A stretch of 64,000 nt of DNA from Nitrospirota bacterium. GTDB taxonomy: Bacteria > Nitrospirota > Thermodesulfovibrionia > Thermodesulfovibrionales > Dissulfurispiraceae. The position numbers and the translations under genes are program-made. Below are positions 51,005 to 60,354 of this stretch, piece by piece. How positions within the stretch are numbered: the stretch's first letter is position 1; each line of letters starts with the position of its first letter. The stretch lies in contig CAVPZX010000002.1 of the NCBI GenBank assembly GCA_963710375.1, forward strand, positions 416,001 through 480,000, given 5' to 3'. The notes under the pieces were generated by a model, which had not been told where the DNA came from, did no database searches, and saw nothing but the letters and a program-made list of their open reading frames with translations.

Positions 51005-52240
51005 ATGCTGAAACTGTTTAATACCATGGGGCAAAAGCTCGAACCGTTCACGTTGCGGCACAGCAAAAGAGTAACCATGTTCACTTGCGGCCCTTCGGTT
51101 TATCAGAAGTCGCATATCGGTAATTTCCGGACCTTTTTATTCGAGGACATCATTTTGCGGTATCTGGAGTATCTGGGCTATGCAGTGCAGAGGGGCATGA
51201 ATTTCACCGATGTCGAGGACAAGGCAATTGCTGAAGCCGGAGGGCAGAGGGCCGCACTTAAACAGCTCACCGGAAAGAACATAAAGATATTTATAAAGGA
51301 AATGGGACTCCTCTCCATAAAAATCCCAGATTACCTCCCCAGGGCGTCGGATAGCGTCGAGGAGGCTGTTGAAATAATAGAACAGCTTCTCAAACAACAT
51401 GCCGCATACTGGCACCAGGGGAGCGTTTATTTTGATCCGCTTTCATTCCCTGGTTTCGGTAAGCTTTACGGCCTCGACATGTCGCTATGGCCGAAGAAGA
51501 AAATACGTTTTCATAAGGACACCTATCCGGGCATTCAGTGGAACCTTGGAGATTTTATTCTTTGGCACGGCCATAAACAGGGTGAAGGCGTTTACTGGGA
51601 CACAAAAATCGGCAGGGGCAGACCGTCATGGAACATCCAGGACCCGAGCATGATCGTCAGGTATTTTCATGAAACGCTGTCTTTATACTGCGGCGGCATT
51701 GATAACCTCTACCGTCACCACGATTATACCCTGGCCATACTCGAATCATTAAGGCATTCTCCCAAGTATCGCTTCAGGCCCATGTCACGGTTCTGGATGC
51801 ATTGCCGGCATCTTTACGTCAACGGTCAGAAAATGTCGAAGAGCAAAGGCAACATCCATTACGTAGAAGACCTTCAGGCGTCGGGCTTTACTCCTGCTGA
51901 AATCCGTTTCTTTCTTATATACGGCCATTACCGCCAGACCCTTAATTACTCAGATAGCGCAATGCTCCTGACATCTGAAAAGCTCAGACACTTTAAAAGG
52001 ACCATCAATGTCCTTGAGAAGAAGGCTCACCCGCATCACCACACCGGCAGCCGCGCAGCACAGGCGATAAGAAAAAGCTTCGGGGAGCATATGGATAACG
52101 ACCTGGATGTCAAGAAGGCATTTGATGAAATTTACGATGCGGTTGTGCATACTGATATCTCCGGGACGGGACCAGCCGATGCCGCCGCAATAATACAAAC
52201 CCTGAAAGAAATTGACCAGGTGCTTCGGGTCATTTTTTAA
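51005..52240 (+). CDS. Cysteinyl-tRNA synthetase paralog (class I ligase, no anticodon-binding domain)
   Basis: TCGPSVY..SHIGNFR, DFILW, GRP.W, KMSKS; ends at 411 aa after the DALR-like helix. Confidence 0.85.
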   Translation: MLKLFNTMGQKLEPFTLRHSKRVTMFTCGPSVYQKSHIGNFRTFLFEDIILRYLEYLGYAVQRGMNFTDVEDKAIAEAGGQRAALKQLTGKNIKIFIKEMGLLSIKIPDYLPRASDSVEEAVEIIEQLLKQHAAYWHQGSVYFDPLSFPGFGKLYGLDMSLWPKKKIRFHKDTYPGIQWNLGDFILWHGHKQGEGVYWDTKIGRGRPSWNIQDPSMIVRYFHETLSLYCGGIDNLYRHHDYTLAILESLRHSPKYRFRPMSRFWMHCRHLYVNGQKMSKSKGNIHYVEDLQASGFTPAEIRFFLIYGHYRQTLNYSDSAMLLTSEKLRHFKRTINVLEKKAHPHHHTGSRAAQAIRKSFGEHMDNDLDVKKAFDEIYDAVVHTDISGTGPADAAAIIQTLKEIDQVLRVIF

Positions 52241-52420
52241 GGGCTCGCGAATAAATAACTTGTGCATTCAGGCGCTCAGATTTGGGTCAGATTTGGCTGA
52301 TCCGACTGAGCAAAACCGCAGGCGTAGCATAGCTACGTTGAGGATTTTGCGACTGAGGATCGGGCAAAGATGGCCTAAATCTGAGATGCATCAATGTTCA
52401 AGTTATTTATTCGCGAGCCC
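52241..52420. mobile_element. 180-bp MITE-like palindromic element
   Basis: Perfect 22-bp TIR GGGCTCGCGAATAAATAACTTG, flanked by TAA on both sides; internally palindromic. Confidence 0.85.
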
Positions 52421-52433
52421 TAATATTTCATGC

Positions 52434-53162
52434 CTATTGTTTCTTGCCTCCGAATACAGCAAAAGCACCGTTCTTAAAGTAACAGTCCACATCCACAAAT
52501 CCCGCTGATTCCAAAGCTCTCAACTGATTTCCAAGGGTATCTGGTTTGTTCATGCTTGAAGGGTCTTTATAACGCTTTATCGGGTCGTCAGGCACTTCAT
52601 CCTTAATATTATACCGGTCCATCATCCGGGTAAGCCAATCTTTCCAAATTGCAAAATACCATTGCTCAAGTTCTTCTGATGGAGGAAGTATGGCATCAAC
52701 ATCGACAAAATGACCTCCGGGCTTAAGCCATGACGCTATAAGGCGGAAGAGAGAAGCCTTTTCATCCATATCAAGGTGGTGAATCGCCATAGAAGAAACA
52801 ATGAAGTCATAAGTTTCCAGCGTGATCTTACCACCCAACAGGTCCTGGAAGGTTGCCTGAATGAAAGTTGTGTTCCGGTATCCCTTTAGTCTTTCCCGCG
52901 CTTGCCTAATCATGCCCTCACCGCCATCAAGCAGCGTTGCGGACACGTCATTATTGGTTTTGAGTAATTCCTCTGTCAGGGCACCATCTCCGGATCCCAG
53001 TTCCAGCAATTTAATATCCTGTACGCCGTGACGAAAATGCGAAACCAATGACGTAACAAACCAGAACATTTGCCTGCGGTCCATTACATAGATATCGGCT
53101 TTGTCCAGATAGTTCTGTGCAAATGAATTGTCTGCCCACGCCGATTTGTTGAAATCAGTCAT
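52434..53162 (-). CDS. Class I SAM-dependent methyltransferase
   Basis: LLELGSGDG, YDFIVSSMAIHHL, LKPGG. Confidence 0.92.
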   Translation of the reverse strand: MTDFNKSAWADNSFAQNYLDKADIYVMDRRQMFWFVTSLVSHFRHGVQDIKLLELGSGDGALTEELLKTNNDVSATLLDGGEGMIRQARERLKGYRNTTFIQATFQDLLGGKITLETYDFIVSSMAIHHLDMDEKASLFRLIASWLKPGGHFVDVDAILPPSEELEQWYFAIWKDWLTRMMDRYNIKDEVPDDPIKRYKDPSSMNKPDTLGNQLRALESAGFVDVDCYFKNGAFAVFGGKKQ

Positions 53163-53178
53163 AATAATAGCTCAGGGC

Positions 53179-54795
53179 TCAGTGGCCGAAAAATCCGCGG
53201 CCGACTTTGTCAGCAATAAGAACCAAAGATATCTTCTTTTTTAGGCAAAAAGCTTTGACATCTTTGTCCATAACCGACCCGCTGGAGGCAAAAATTGTTT
53301 TTATACCTGCCTTGGCAAGAACTTGCGGCCCGTCAGTAAAGGGGAAAAAACTGTCGCTGTATGCAACGGCCCCTTTTGTATCATGTCCGGCATCTTTCGC
53401 TCTGCTTATGGCCAATTTGCAACCACCAACCCTGTCCTGCTGGCCGGTGCCATTGCCAATAAGGTATCCACCCTTTACAAGGGTTACCGTATTGCTGTTG
53501 CTGGTCGATCCAATGGCCCAGGCCAGCAGTATATTAGGATAGTCGCGACCAGTTATATTACCAATCTTCTCCAATTCCGCAGCACTCAGATCAGGGAAGA
53601 ATGAGTAGTTCGGCTGTTTTAGGAAACCGCCACGCACATAACGGAAACGGGGAGCAAGATCAAGACTGTTTTGCCCTAAATTCGCCAGGGCTAAATTAGA
53701 TATAAACCGGCATTTGTCGCCTTTTCGTTCAAGCATCTTCACTGCCTCTTTATCGAAAGAGGGAGCTATGATGCCGTCAAGAAGTCGTCTTTTCCCTTTA
53801 TCCATCTCATAGGTCAGCAAAATCTTCGCTTCCTTGGCGCCGATATGAAAATTCGTCATCACCAGACCGCCAAAAATGGCCCTCTTATCACCGATGATCA
53901 TTTTTTTCAGAGTATCGTCTATTTTTTTCCCGACTGATGCGCCGCAAGGATTGCCGTGCTTTACTGCAACTGCAATATTAGGCAGCGCCGTAAAGTTGAA
54001 TGTAAAAGCTGCCGCAATATGAGTGACTGTCTGCAGCAGCCGGTCTATATCGCAGAGATTATTGTAGCTTGGTGAATCACCGGCTACCTGTTTGAACTTA
54101 TCCATCGCCAAAGAATCGTCCGTCCCACAGCTATACAATCCGGCAGGCGTTTGATAGCCGTTCTCGCCGTATTTACAAGTTAACATTTTAGTTCCAACCA
54201 AGCCGTCAAGTTCACCGGCGCTATGATACCTTGCCGAGGCCAGGCAGTATTCCGAAACGATATACTCTGCCTTTGCACAAAGCATTGTGATAACTTTGTC
54301 TTTATCCGGCTGACCTTTTTTCAACCATTCGATTACGAATTGTCTGTCAGCCGGGTCGCAGATAACGATTCTCCTTCCCTTGGCTGCGGAACGCAACATC
54401 GTCGGCCCACCGATATCGGTTTTTTCGATCACTGATTCAATCGTACTTCCCGGCTTTTTGATTTCATCGTGCAATGGGTACAAATCAACACACACGAGAT
54501 CAATATTGGGAATGCCGAGCTGCTCCATTTCCCTTGTATCTTCTTCGGTTGCTCTGGCCAACAAGCCGGCATGTACTTCCCTGGACAGAGTAACAACCCT
54601 ATGACCAAGTATGGCCTGACCACCTACGAGTGACGCCACATCCTGAACGGGTATTCCCGCTTCAGATAATGTTTTGGCAGTCCCTCCTGAAGCCAGTATA
54701 CTCCAGCCGAGAGCGACTAATGATTTGGCAAACTCAACAATACCTGTCTTGTGATATACGGATAATAAGGCTACTTTCCCATTTCCTTTTTGCAT
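53179..54795 (-). CDS. purH: Bifunctional AICAR transformylase / IMP cyclohydrolase (divergent)
   Basis: ALLSVYHKTG, DIGGPTMLRSAAK, KYGEN, SYNN, KHGNPCG, SDSFFPF. Confidence 0.9.
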   Translation of the reverse strand: MQKGNGKVALLSVYHKTGIVEFAKSLVALGWSILASGGTAKTLSEAGIPVQDVASLVGGQAILGHRVVTLSREVHAGLLARATEEDTREMEQLGIPNIDLVCVDLYPLHDEIKKPGSTIESVIEKTDIGGPTMLRSAAKGRRIVICDPADRQFVIEWLKKGQPDKDKVITMLCAKAEYIVSEYCLASARYHSAGELDGLVGTKMLTCKYGENGYQTPAGLYSCGTDDSLAMDKFKQVAGDSPSYNNLCDIDRLLQTVTHIAAAFTFNFTALPNIAVAVKHGNPCGASVGKKIDDTLKKMIIGDKRAIFGGLVMTNFHIGAKEAKILLTYEMDKGKRRLLDGIIAPSFDKEAVKMLERKGDKCRFISNLALANLGQNSLDLAPRFRYVRGGFLKQPNYSFFPDLSAAELEKIGNITGRDYPNILLAWAIGSTSNSNTVTLVKGGYLIGNGTGQQDRVGGCKLAISRAKDAGHDTKGAVAYSDSFFPFTDGPQVLAKAGIKTIFASSGSVMDKDVKAFCLKKKISLVLIADKVGRGFFGH

Positions 54796-55016
54796 GTTCC
54801 CTCCAATGAAAAATTCCCGGAATACTCATTTTGCGCTATTTTATTTCAAAAGGGAATTAATTTAACACATCCCGTTAATGGATAAGATATTATCACAATG
54901 AAAGCAAACATACAACGCTTCATTTTCGGGAGAACCGAATCACTGCCAAGCACAGACTACTCTTGTCTTTTTTTGTATAATATGAGGAAACGAGAACAAG
55001 AGGTGACATACTGGAA

Positions 55017-55460
55017 ATGGAACGGAGAATAATCTTCAGGACATGGGACAAGAAAAACCGGCAGATGCTGTATAATCCAGCCGGCAACATAGATTTCGGA
55101 ACATGGTGGAATGAACGCTGCTTAAACGATCCTGGAATGGAAAGCGAGATTATTTTCATGCAGTTCGCCGGTCTCTATGACCGCTCAGGCAAAGAGATAT
55201 TTGAAGGGGACATTATCAACTATCAATCCGCTACTGACACATATGAAAGAGCGATGGTGCATTATCTCAACCGATACGTCTGCTTCGGAGTGGGTAAGGA
55301 CATCCCTCTGCGTAGTTTACGCAGCATTGAGGTTATCGGCAATATATTCGAGAATCCCCAGGAGGTGCCGGATGAATGCGACTTTCCCATAGGAACCCGG
55401 ACCAACACTCTGTTCAATGTGCTCTCTGAGAAGAATAAATATACAAGCAGGCACAAGTAG
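55017..55460 (+). CDS. YopX family protein
   Basis: FRTWD, MQFAGLYDRSGKEIFEGDI, EVIGNIFENP. Confidence 0.9.
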   Translation: MERRIIFRTWDKKNRQMLYNPAGNIDFGTWWNERCLNDPGMESEIIFMQFAGLYDRSGKEIFEGDIINYQSATDTYERAMVHYLNRYVCFGVGKDIPLRSLRSIEVIGNIFENPQEVPDECDFPIGTRTNTLFNVLSEKNKYTSRHK

Positions 55461-55483
55461 AACAACATAGTTGAAAAATTGTC

Positions 55484-56212
55484 ATGGATGCGTCAGCAGA
55501 CATTAATAAGCACATTGCCATATTCAGAAAAACGCTGCACAAGAACTCAAACCCTGAAAGGGCAGCTAAGGAAAAATCCTACCTCAAGAGCCCTTATAAG
55601 TTCTTCGGCGTCACCGTGCCTTTCATAACGAGGATGGCAAAGGACTTTAAAAGGGCAAACAGGGATATAGACAGGGGATTGGTTTTTGAACTCGGCAAAA
55701 GACTCTGGGATTCCGAATACCATCAGGAGAAGACCCTTGCCATAAAACTACTCGAACAATACAGCGAGTATCTCGATTATGAATCAATGCCCATGCTCGA
55801 ATATATGCTATCTGCGTCTGCGGGCTGGGATCATGTAGACGGAATTGCAAACCACCTTGTAGATGCAGTCCTGAGAAAAGACCGGAGGACGTATGAATAC
55901 CTGAAAAAGTGGAGCAAATCTGAAAACTTCTGGATGCACAGGGCCGCCCTAATATCACAGGTGCTTCTTTTCAGAGAGGGCAAGGGTGACAGTGAGCTTT
56001 TCTTCAGCGTGGCAGAAAAGATGATAGAGGAAAAAGAGTTCTTTATAAGAAAAGCGATAGGCTGGGCGCTGAGAGAAATGTCCAAGTCAGAGCCCGATGC
56101 GGTTTTCGATTTCCTCATGAAAGTTAAAGACAGGGCATCGGGCCTCACCCTTAGAGAAGGCTCGAAGCGGCTCCCCGAAGGCAAGAAAAAACTTCTTATT
56201 AAAAAACAATAG
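55484..56212 (+). CDS. DNA alkylation repair protein (AlkD-like)
   Basis: FGVTVP, WDHVD, NFWMHRAA, EFFIRKAIGWALRE. Confidence 0.9.
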   Translation: MDASADINKHIAIFRKTLHKNSNPERAAKEKSYLKSPYKFFGVTVPFITRMAKDFKRANRDIDRGLVFELGKRLWDSEYHQEKTLAIKLLEQYSEYLDYESMPMLEYMLSASAGWDHVDGIANHLVDAVLRKDRRTYEYLKKWSKSENFWMHRAALISQVLLFREGKGDSELFFSVAEKMIEEKEFFIRKAIGWALREMSKSEPDAVFDFLMKVKDRASGLTLREGSKRLPEGKKKLLIKKQ

Positions 56213-56217
56213 GAGTA

Positions 56218-56520
56218 TTAAGCTACGATATCGATAAGTTTTTTTGTCATCTCCTCGGAAGCTTGAAGGGATGTAACATTTGCCTTAAATCCTTCTTCCG
56301 TCGAGATCTCGTCAACCGTTTCCTTTGCGATATCTGTTCCTTCCTGACTACTCTGGCTTAATGTGACATAAACACCGCCGTTCACGCCTTCATTCATAAC
56401 TGCATCTGTCGGCTTAAACTTGGCAGTATTGACATTCGCTACATTGTTCGCCGTCACGCTCAGTGTATCTGCATACGCCTTCAAAGCGCTCTCAGCACTA
56501 TTAACGCTGTCAACACTCAT
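56218..56520 (-). CDS. Small flagellar basal-body rod domain protein
   Basis: ANNVANVNT N-terminal rod motif and D.AKE.V...FKAN C-terminal motif. Confidence 0.8.
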   Translation of the reverse strand: MSVDSVNSAESALKAYADTLSVTANNVANVNTAKFKPTDAVMNEGVNGGVYVTLSQSSQEGTDIAKETVDEISTEEGFKANVTSLQASEEMTKKLIDIVA

Positions 56521-56581
56521 TTTGCAGCCCCCTCATTACTGTCTTATGCACTATTATAAATAAATTTGAGCCTTTTTGATA

Positions 56582-56597
56582 TGTGATACCTATCACA
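56582..56597. promoter_or_regulatory. CRP/FNR-family binding site
   Basis: TGTGA-TACCTA-TCACA, exact TGTGA-N6-TCACA consensus. Confidence 0.6.
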
Positions 56598-56850
56598 AAA
56601 AGAGGAAATATAGTTGAATTATACTTCATTTAATCGCACTTTCCCAAAACAAAGGATCGAAAAAGCTCCCTGATATCAAGCGGAAGCTGAAAATTTTACA
56701 GAGCTTTCCATCGAGAGAAAATCGCTATGAGAAGCTTTCTATTTTTTCAAATCTGAGAGGTTGCCCTAATATCAACTCTTGATTATATAATACATAATAT
56801 TGAGGCAACATAAGAGGCAATAAAATTAGAAGAGGATAGTGGAGGACTTA

Positions 56851-57096
56851 ATGATTTTCTTGATTCAATATGATTGTAGTAGTGGGAACATTGTTAAAAT
56901 GCAAACCTTTAAAAATTCTGAGCGCCAGAAGGCTAATGATTCACGACTTGATATAGAAATTGAACTTAACCGTCAACGCGTCGAGCGTGAAGTTGTCCTT
57001 TTGGAAGCAGAGAGCAAAGAGGCTATGAGGCAAACGCATCGCCGATACTTTGAGAACTTACGCGAACTCACGAAATCACCTACGTATTCTCTTTAG
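56851..57096 (+). CDS. Hypothetical protein
   Basis: GGAGG RBS; MIFLIQYD...EVVLLEAE...THRRYF. Confidence 0.75.
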   Translation: MIFLIQYDCSSGNIVKMQTFKNSERQKANDSRLDIEIELNRQRVEREVVLLEAESKEAMRQTHRRYFENLRELTKSPTYSL

Positions 57097-57418
57097 TTGA
57101 AAGGGGCAGAACATGATCTGCCGCTCAATGTCAGATGTGAGCCCCCGGGACATCATATCGAACTTATGATATATATCCCAATTAAGTATGGTGTCCCAGG
57201 AATTATCGTCCGAGGTTGGCAAATAGTTGACAGCAAACCAGACCAAATGTTCGGGGACCTCGGCGGATTACGCAGGACGTACAAGTGCTCGCTGTGTGGG
57301 TTCAGCGAAGATAAGCTGATCACATCGCAATGAGTAGTATTAAACACAACAGCTGAGATGAATCAATGTGCAAGTTATTTATTCGCAGACCCTTAGGCAA
57401 AACTGATACAATAGGAAC

Positions 57419-57730
57419 ATGAAACAGGCAGTCAAAAGTGTAGAACAAGTTAAGGCGATCCTAAAAGAGCACAAGGCTGAAGTAGTCCAGAAGTACCGGG
57501 TCAGCGAGATCGGCATTTTCGGCTCCTTTGTTCGCGGCGAGCAGAAACGTCGGAGCGATATTGACATCCTCGTTGAATTTGAGCAGAGAAATATTCCGGG
57601 TCTCCTTAAGCTCAGCGAGATGGAAAGGTATCTCCAAAGGCTTCTTAAAAAAAAGGTCGATATAGTTATAAAGAGTGGGATTCGTCCGGAACTTAAGCAA
57701 GGTATATTGAAAGAGGTGGTCTATATATGA
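57419..57730 (+). CDS. MNT-type nucleotidyltransferase (antitoxin)
   Basis: GIFGSFVRGEQ..SDIDILV. Confidence 0.93.
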   Translation: MKQAVKSVEQVKAILKEHKAEVVQKYRVSEIGIFGSFVRGEQKRRSDIDILVEFEQRNIPGLLKLSEMERYLQRLLKKKVDIVIKSGIRPELKQGILKEVVYI

Positions 57731-58107
57731 CAAGAGAATGGAAATTCTTCATTCAGGATATCTATGACGCAATACAACACATAAAACAGTTTGTCGGCAC
57801 AATGAAGCGCAAGGATTTTCTTGCCGATGATAAGACCAGGAGTGCTGTTGCGTTCAAGATTGAGAATATTGGAGAAGCATCTAAAAATATACCTAAGGAG
57901 ATAAGGGCGAAATACAAGGACCTTCCCTGGACCGACATGGCGAGGATGAGAGATAAGATTACTCATTTCTATTTCGGGATAAATTACAAAGTGGTATGGT
58001 CAGTTGTAAAGAAAGAGTTGCCTGCTATCGAACCTGTCATTACGAAAGTCTTAAGCGACCTGAAAGTGTCTACATCCAAGAAAAAGACATCGAAAATAAC
58101 TTATTGA
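57727..58107 (+). CDS. HepT/DUF86 HEPN ribonuclease (toxin)
   Basis: IGEASK, PW, RDKITHFY RX4HXY motif; ATGA overlap with MNT. Confidence 0.93.
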   Translation: MTREWKFFIQDIYDAIQHIKQFVGTMKRKDFLADDKTRSAVAFKIENIGEASKNIPKEIRAKYKDLPWTDMARMRDKITHFYFGINYKVVWSVVKKELPAIEPVITKVLSDLKVSTSKKKTSKITY

Positions 58108-58116
58108 AATTCAGAG

Positions 58117-58189
<73 letters not shown>

Positions 58190-58275
58190 AACGTGTTATA
58201 ATTTAAACATTTTTTATATTGCCTGTCAAACTGTTTTCCCTCATTGTGTCCAAATTGTGCCCAATTAAAGGTTTC

Positions 58276-58338
58276 TTACTCGCCTACTTCTTGGAGCATA
58301 TCAAGGAGGAGCTTATGAACTATTACCTTGAGCTTCAT
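58276..58338 (-). pseudogene. Possible HicB antitoxin remnant
   Basis: AGAGG RBS then MKLKVIVHKLSLDMLQEVGE*; the first 8 residues resemble HicB N-termini. Confidence 0.35.
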
Positions 58339-58364
58339 AGCAACGCCTCTTTTGGAGCGATTGA

Positions 58365-58589
58365 TTATGCGGTTTTCTGCATCAACTTTTTATCAAGTTC
58401 AAGTTCATAAGAGAGAATTGTTTTGATGTTCATTTTTTTTGAAGCATTGAGAATTTCTATGCCTACTATCTTATTCTCAGACGTTGTATCTAAATTAACA
58501 CCCTCAGCAATCTCAATAACTCCGTCAGGCTTCTGGTTCCCCAATTTGATATATATAGCGTCAACCTCATCATCATAATGTACTTTCAT
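58365..58589 (-). CDS. DUF2283 family protein
   Basis: MKVHYDDEVDAIYIKL...IVGIEILNAS. Confidence 0.9.
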   Translation of the reverse strand: MKVHYDDEVDAIYIKLGNQKPDGVIEIAEGVNLDTTSENKIVGIEILNASKKMNIKTILSYELELDKKLMQKTA

Positions 58590-58827
58590 TTTCCCCCCTA
58601 TTTGAATTATAACCTATTTTTTTCAAGAAACAGCGCGGTATTTGACAATAGCGCGCCTAAGTTCCTCCATGTTTCCATCCTTTAATAGCTTTTGCTTCCG
58701 TCTTGTGTACCGGTGACAAATAAGCATAACGGTAATTGTGTGGTTGCAAATTTATGCAAAGTTGATACAATAAATTAAACAAGACATAAAATGTGAGATA
58801 TCTGTCACATACTATAAGGAGGAAGAA

Positions 58828-59319
58828 ATGAGAAGAAGCATGTATGGAGTTTTTGGATTGACCGCTTTTCTTTGGTCGCTGCTTGCCCTCGTGGGGACTA
58901 GTGAGACATTGGCTGGAGTGCAGATCGGCATCAACATCGGGCCCCCGGCTATAGTTGTCGCTGCCCCGCCTGAAGTGGTAGCGGTCCCTGGCTCCCAGGT
59001 CTACTTCGTGCCCCAGCCCGGCATCGACGTATTCTTCTACGGCGGCTACTGGTGGTCTCCGCGCGGGGACCGCTGGTACCGTGCACTCGCTTACAACGGG
59101 CCTTGGGTGGTAATTAAGCGTCGCTTTGTCCCCGGGCCGGTAATCGCTGTCCCAAGGGATTACCGGGAGCGCTTCGCCAGGGAGCGGCACGTCCCTTATG
59201 GGGAGTGGAATAGGGCAGGAAGGCACGGGCAGAGAGAGGAACGCAAGCATGACCAGAAGGAAGAACGCAGGCATGATCAGAGGGAGGAAAGGTCCGGCCA
59301 CGAACATGACCGCTACTAG
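58828..59319 (+). CDS. Exported protein with Pro/Trp-rich (WXXGXW-like) region and charged tail
   Basis: AAGGAGG RBS, signal peptide, GINIGPP, FFYGGYWW, GPW; higher GC. Confidence 0.8.
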   Translation: MRRSMYGVFGLTAFLWSLLALVGTSETLAGVQIGINIGPPAIVVAAPPEVVAVPGSQVYFVPQPGIDVFFYGGYWWSPRGDRWYRALAYNGPWVVIKRRFVPGPVIAVPRDYRERFARERHVPYGEWNRAGRHGQREERKHDQKEERRHDQREERSGHEHDRY

Positions 59320-59545
59320 GATGAGGCGGGATATTTCGAACAATGAGGGTTCTCTGGACGGTTAAAGAAGTACATCGTTAGCTGTGAATACTGTGAATAA
59401 TTGCCAGCCGGGAGGCTGAGGTGCATTGCATCCTTGATGGGCCTCCCGTGTTGATTTTCGGATTAATCCGGCCTAACTTTTCTGATTATTCTGACCCTTT
59501 CGTTTTAGCCTGACCCATTGGGGGCATTTCTGCCCCCTGCACAGA

Positions 59546-60354
59546 TCAGATGATTTCTGTTGACGCGACACGAACATGGTCTGCGGATACGGCCGTACAT
59601 TTTTCTGCGGCGGCGGCCACCAGTGACCCACGGGCAAGATTGTTGGCTCTCCTGAGCAGTCCGCCTGAACCCTGATGTATTGCCGTGACAGCCTGTTCCG
59701 AGAACAGATTCTTTTTGCATCCGGCGATATTCTGATGGTGCTGCAAATAGGTAGCCATATCTTCGGCATTAAGAGATTCCATATGGCCCCTTGCTACTAC
59801 ACGTGATGCCAGAGGCCTTGATTGGCGGAACATCAGACTGTCCATGAGATTATTCTGTCCGGCAAGCACTACTGGCAGCACGGATTTGGAATCTCCTTCG
59901 AACTGTACCAATGTATGCAGCTCCGAGAAGACATCAAGGCGTATAAGTGATGCTTCGTCTATGATAAGCACGGGTTTCTCTTTCTTATCGACGAGTTCCA
60001 TAATACAGCTTTTTATAATTCTGCTGAGTATAGCTTTTGACTGCCTTTCACTTCTATGTTCAGGGCATGGCATATCTGCTTATATAGTTCTGCGATGGTT
60101 CCTGATGTGGCCGTAACATATAGCACGCGATATTCCGAAGGGTGCAGCGTTGAGGAGGCAAAACGCAATGCTGATGATTTACCGCTGCCTACGTCGCCGG
60201 TGATGATTGCTATGGCTCCAAGGTTCACAGCATAAAGGAAGCGCTCTTTTACACCAACGAGACCGGCATGTTTCATCATGTCTTCTACTCTTATATCCGG
60301 CGAGAAGGGTTCTTTTTTGAAACCGAAGAATACTCTGTAGTGTTCCCTGCTCAT
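59546..60354 (-). pseudogene. ExeA-like AAA ATPase, split by a frameshift near 60035
   Basis: Walker A GDVGSGKS in ORF 60013-60354; Walker B IIDEA and LAGQ in ORF 59546-60073. Confidence 0.88.

Noticed and set aside
52212..52508. 98-aa ORF across the MITE
   Set aside because: Overlaps both flanking genes and has no transposase features.
54796..55016. ZTP (pfl) riboswitch upstream of purH
   Set aside because: Could not find the characteristic conserved segments on the minus strand; an Rfam scan would settle it.
57097..57333. 78-aa ORF as an intact gene
   Set aside because: TTG start without RBS and spans the REP-like repeat; at most a fragment.
55000..58116. attL/attR duplication of the tRNA-Ala 3' end or a prophage
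   Set aside because: No duplicate of the tRNA end spotted by eye, no integrase and no structural phage genes.
58791..58810. ATGTGA-N8-TCACAT palindrome
   Set aside because: Spacing does not fit CRP/FNR; no regulator can be assigned.
58657..59343. 228-aa minus-strand ORF
   Set aside because: Antisense shadow of the GC-rich plus-strand gene, which has an RBS and signal peptide.
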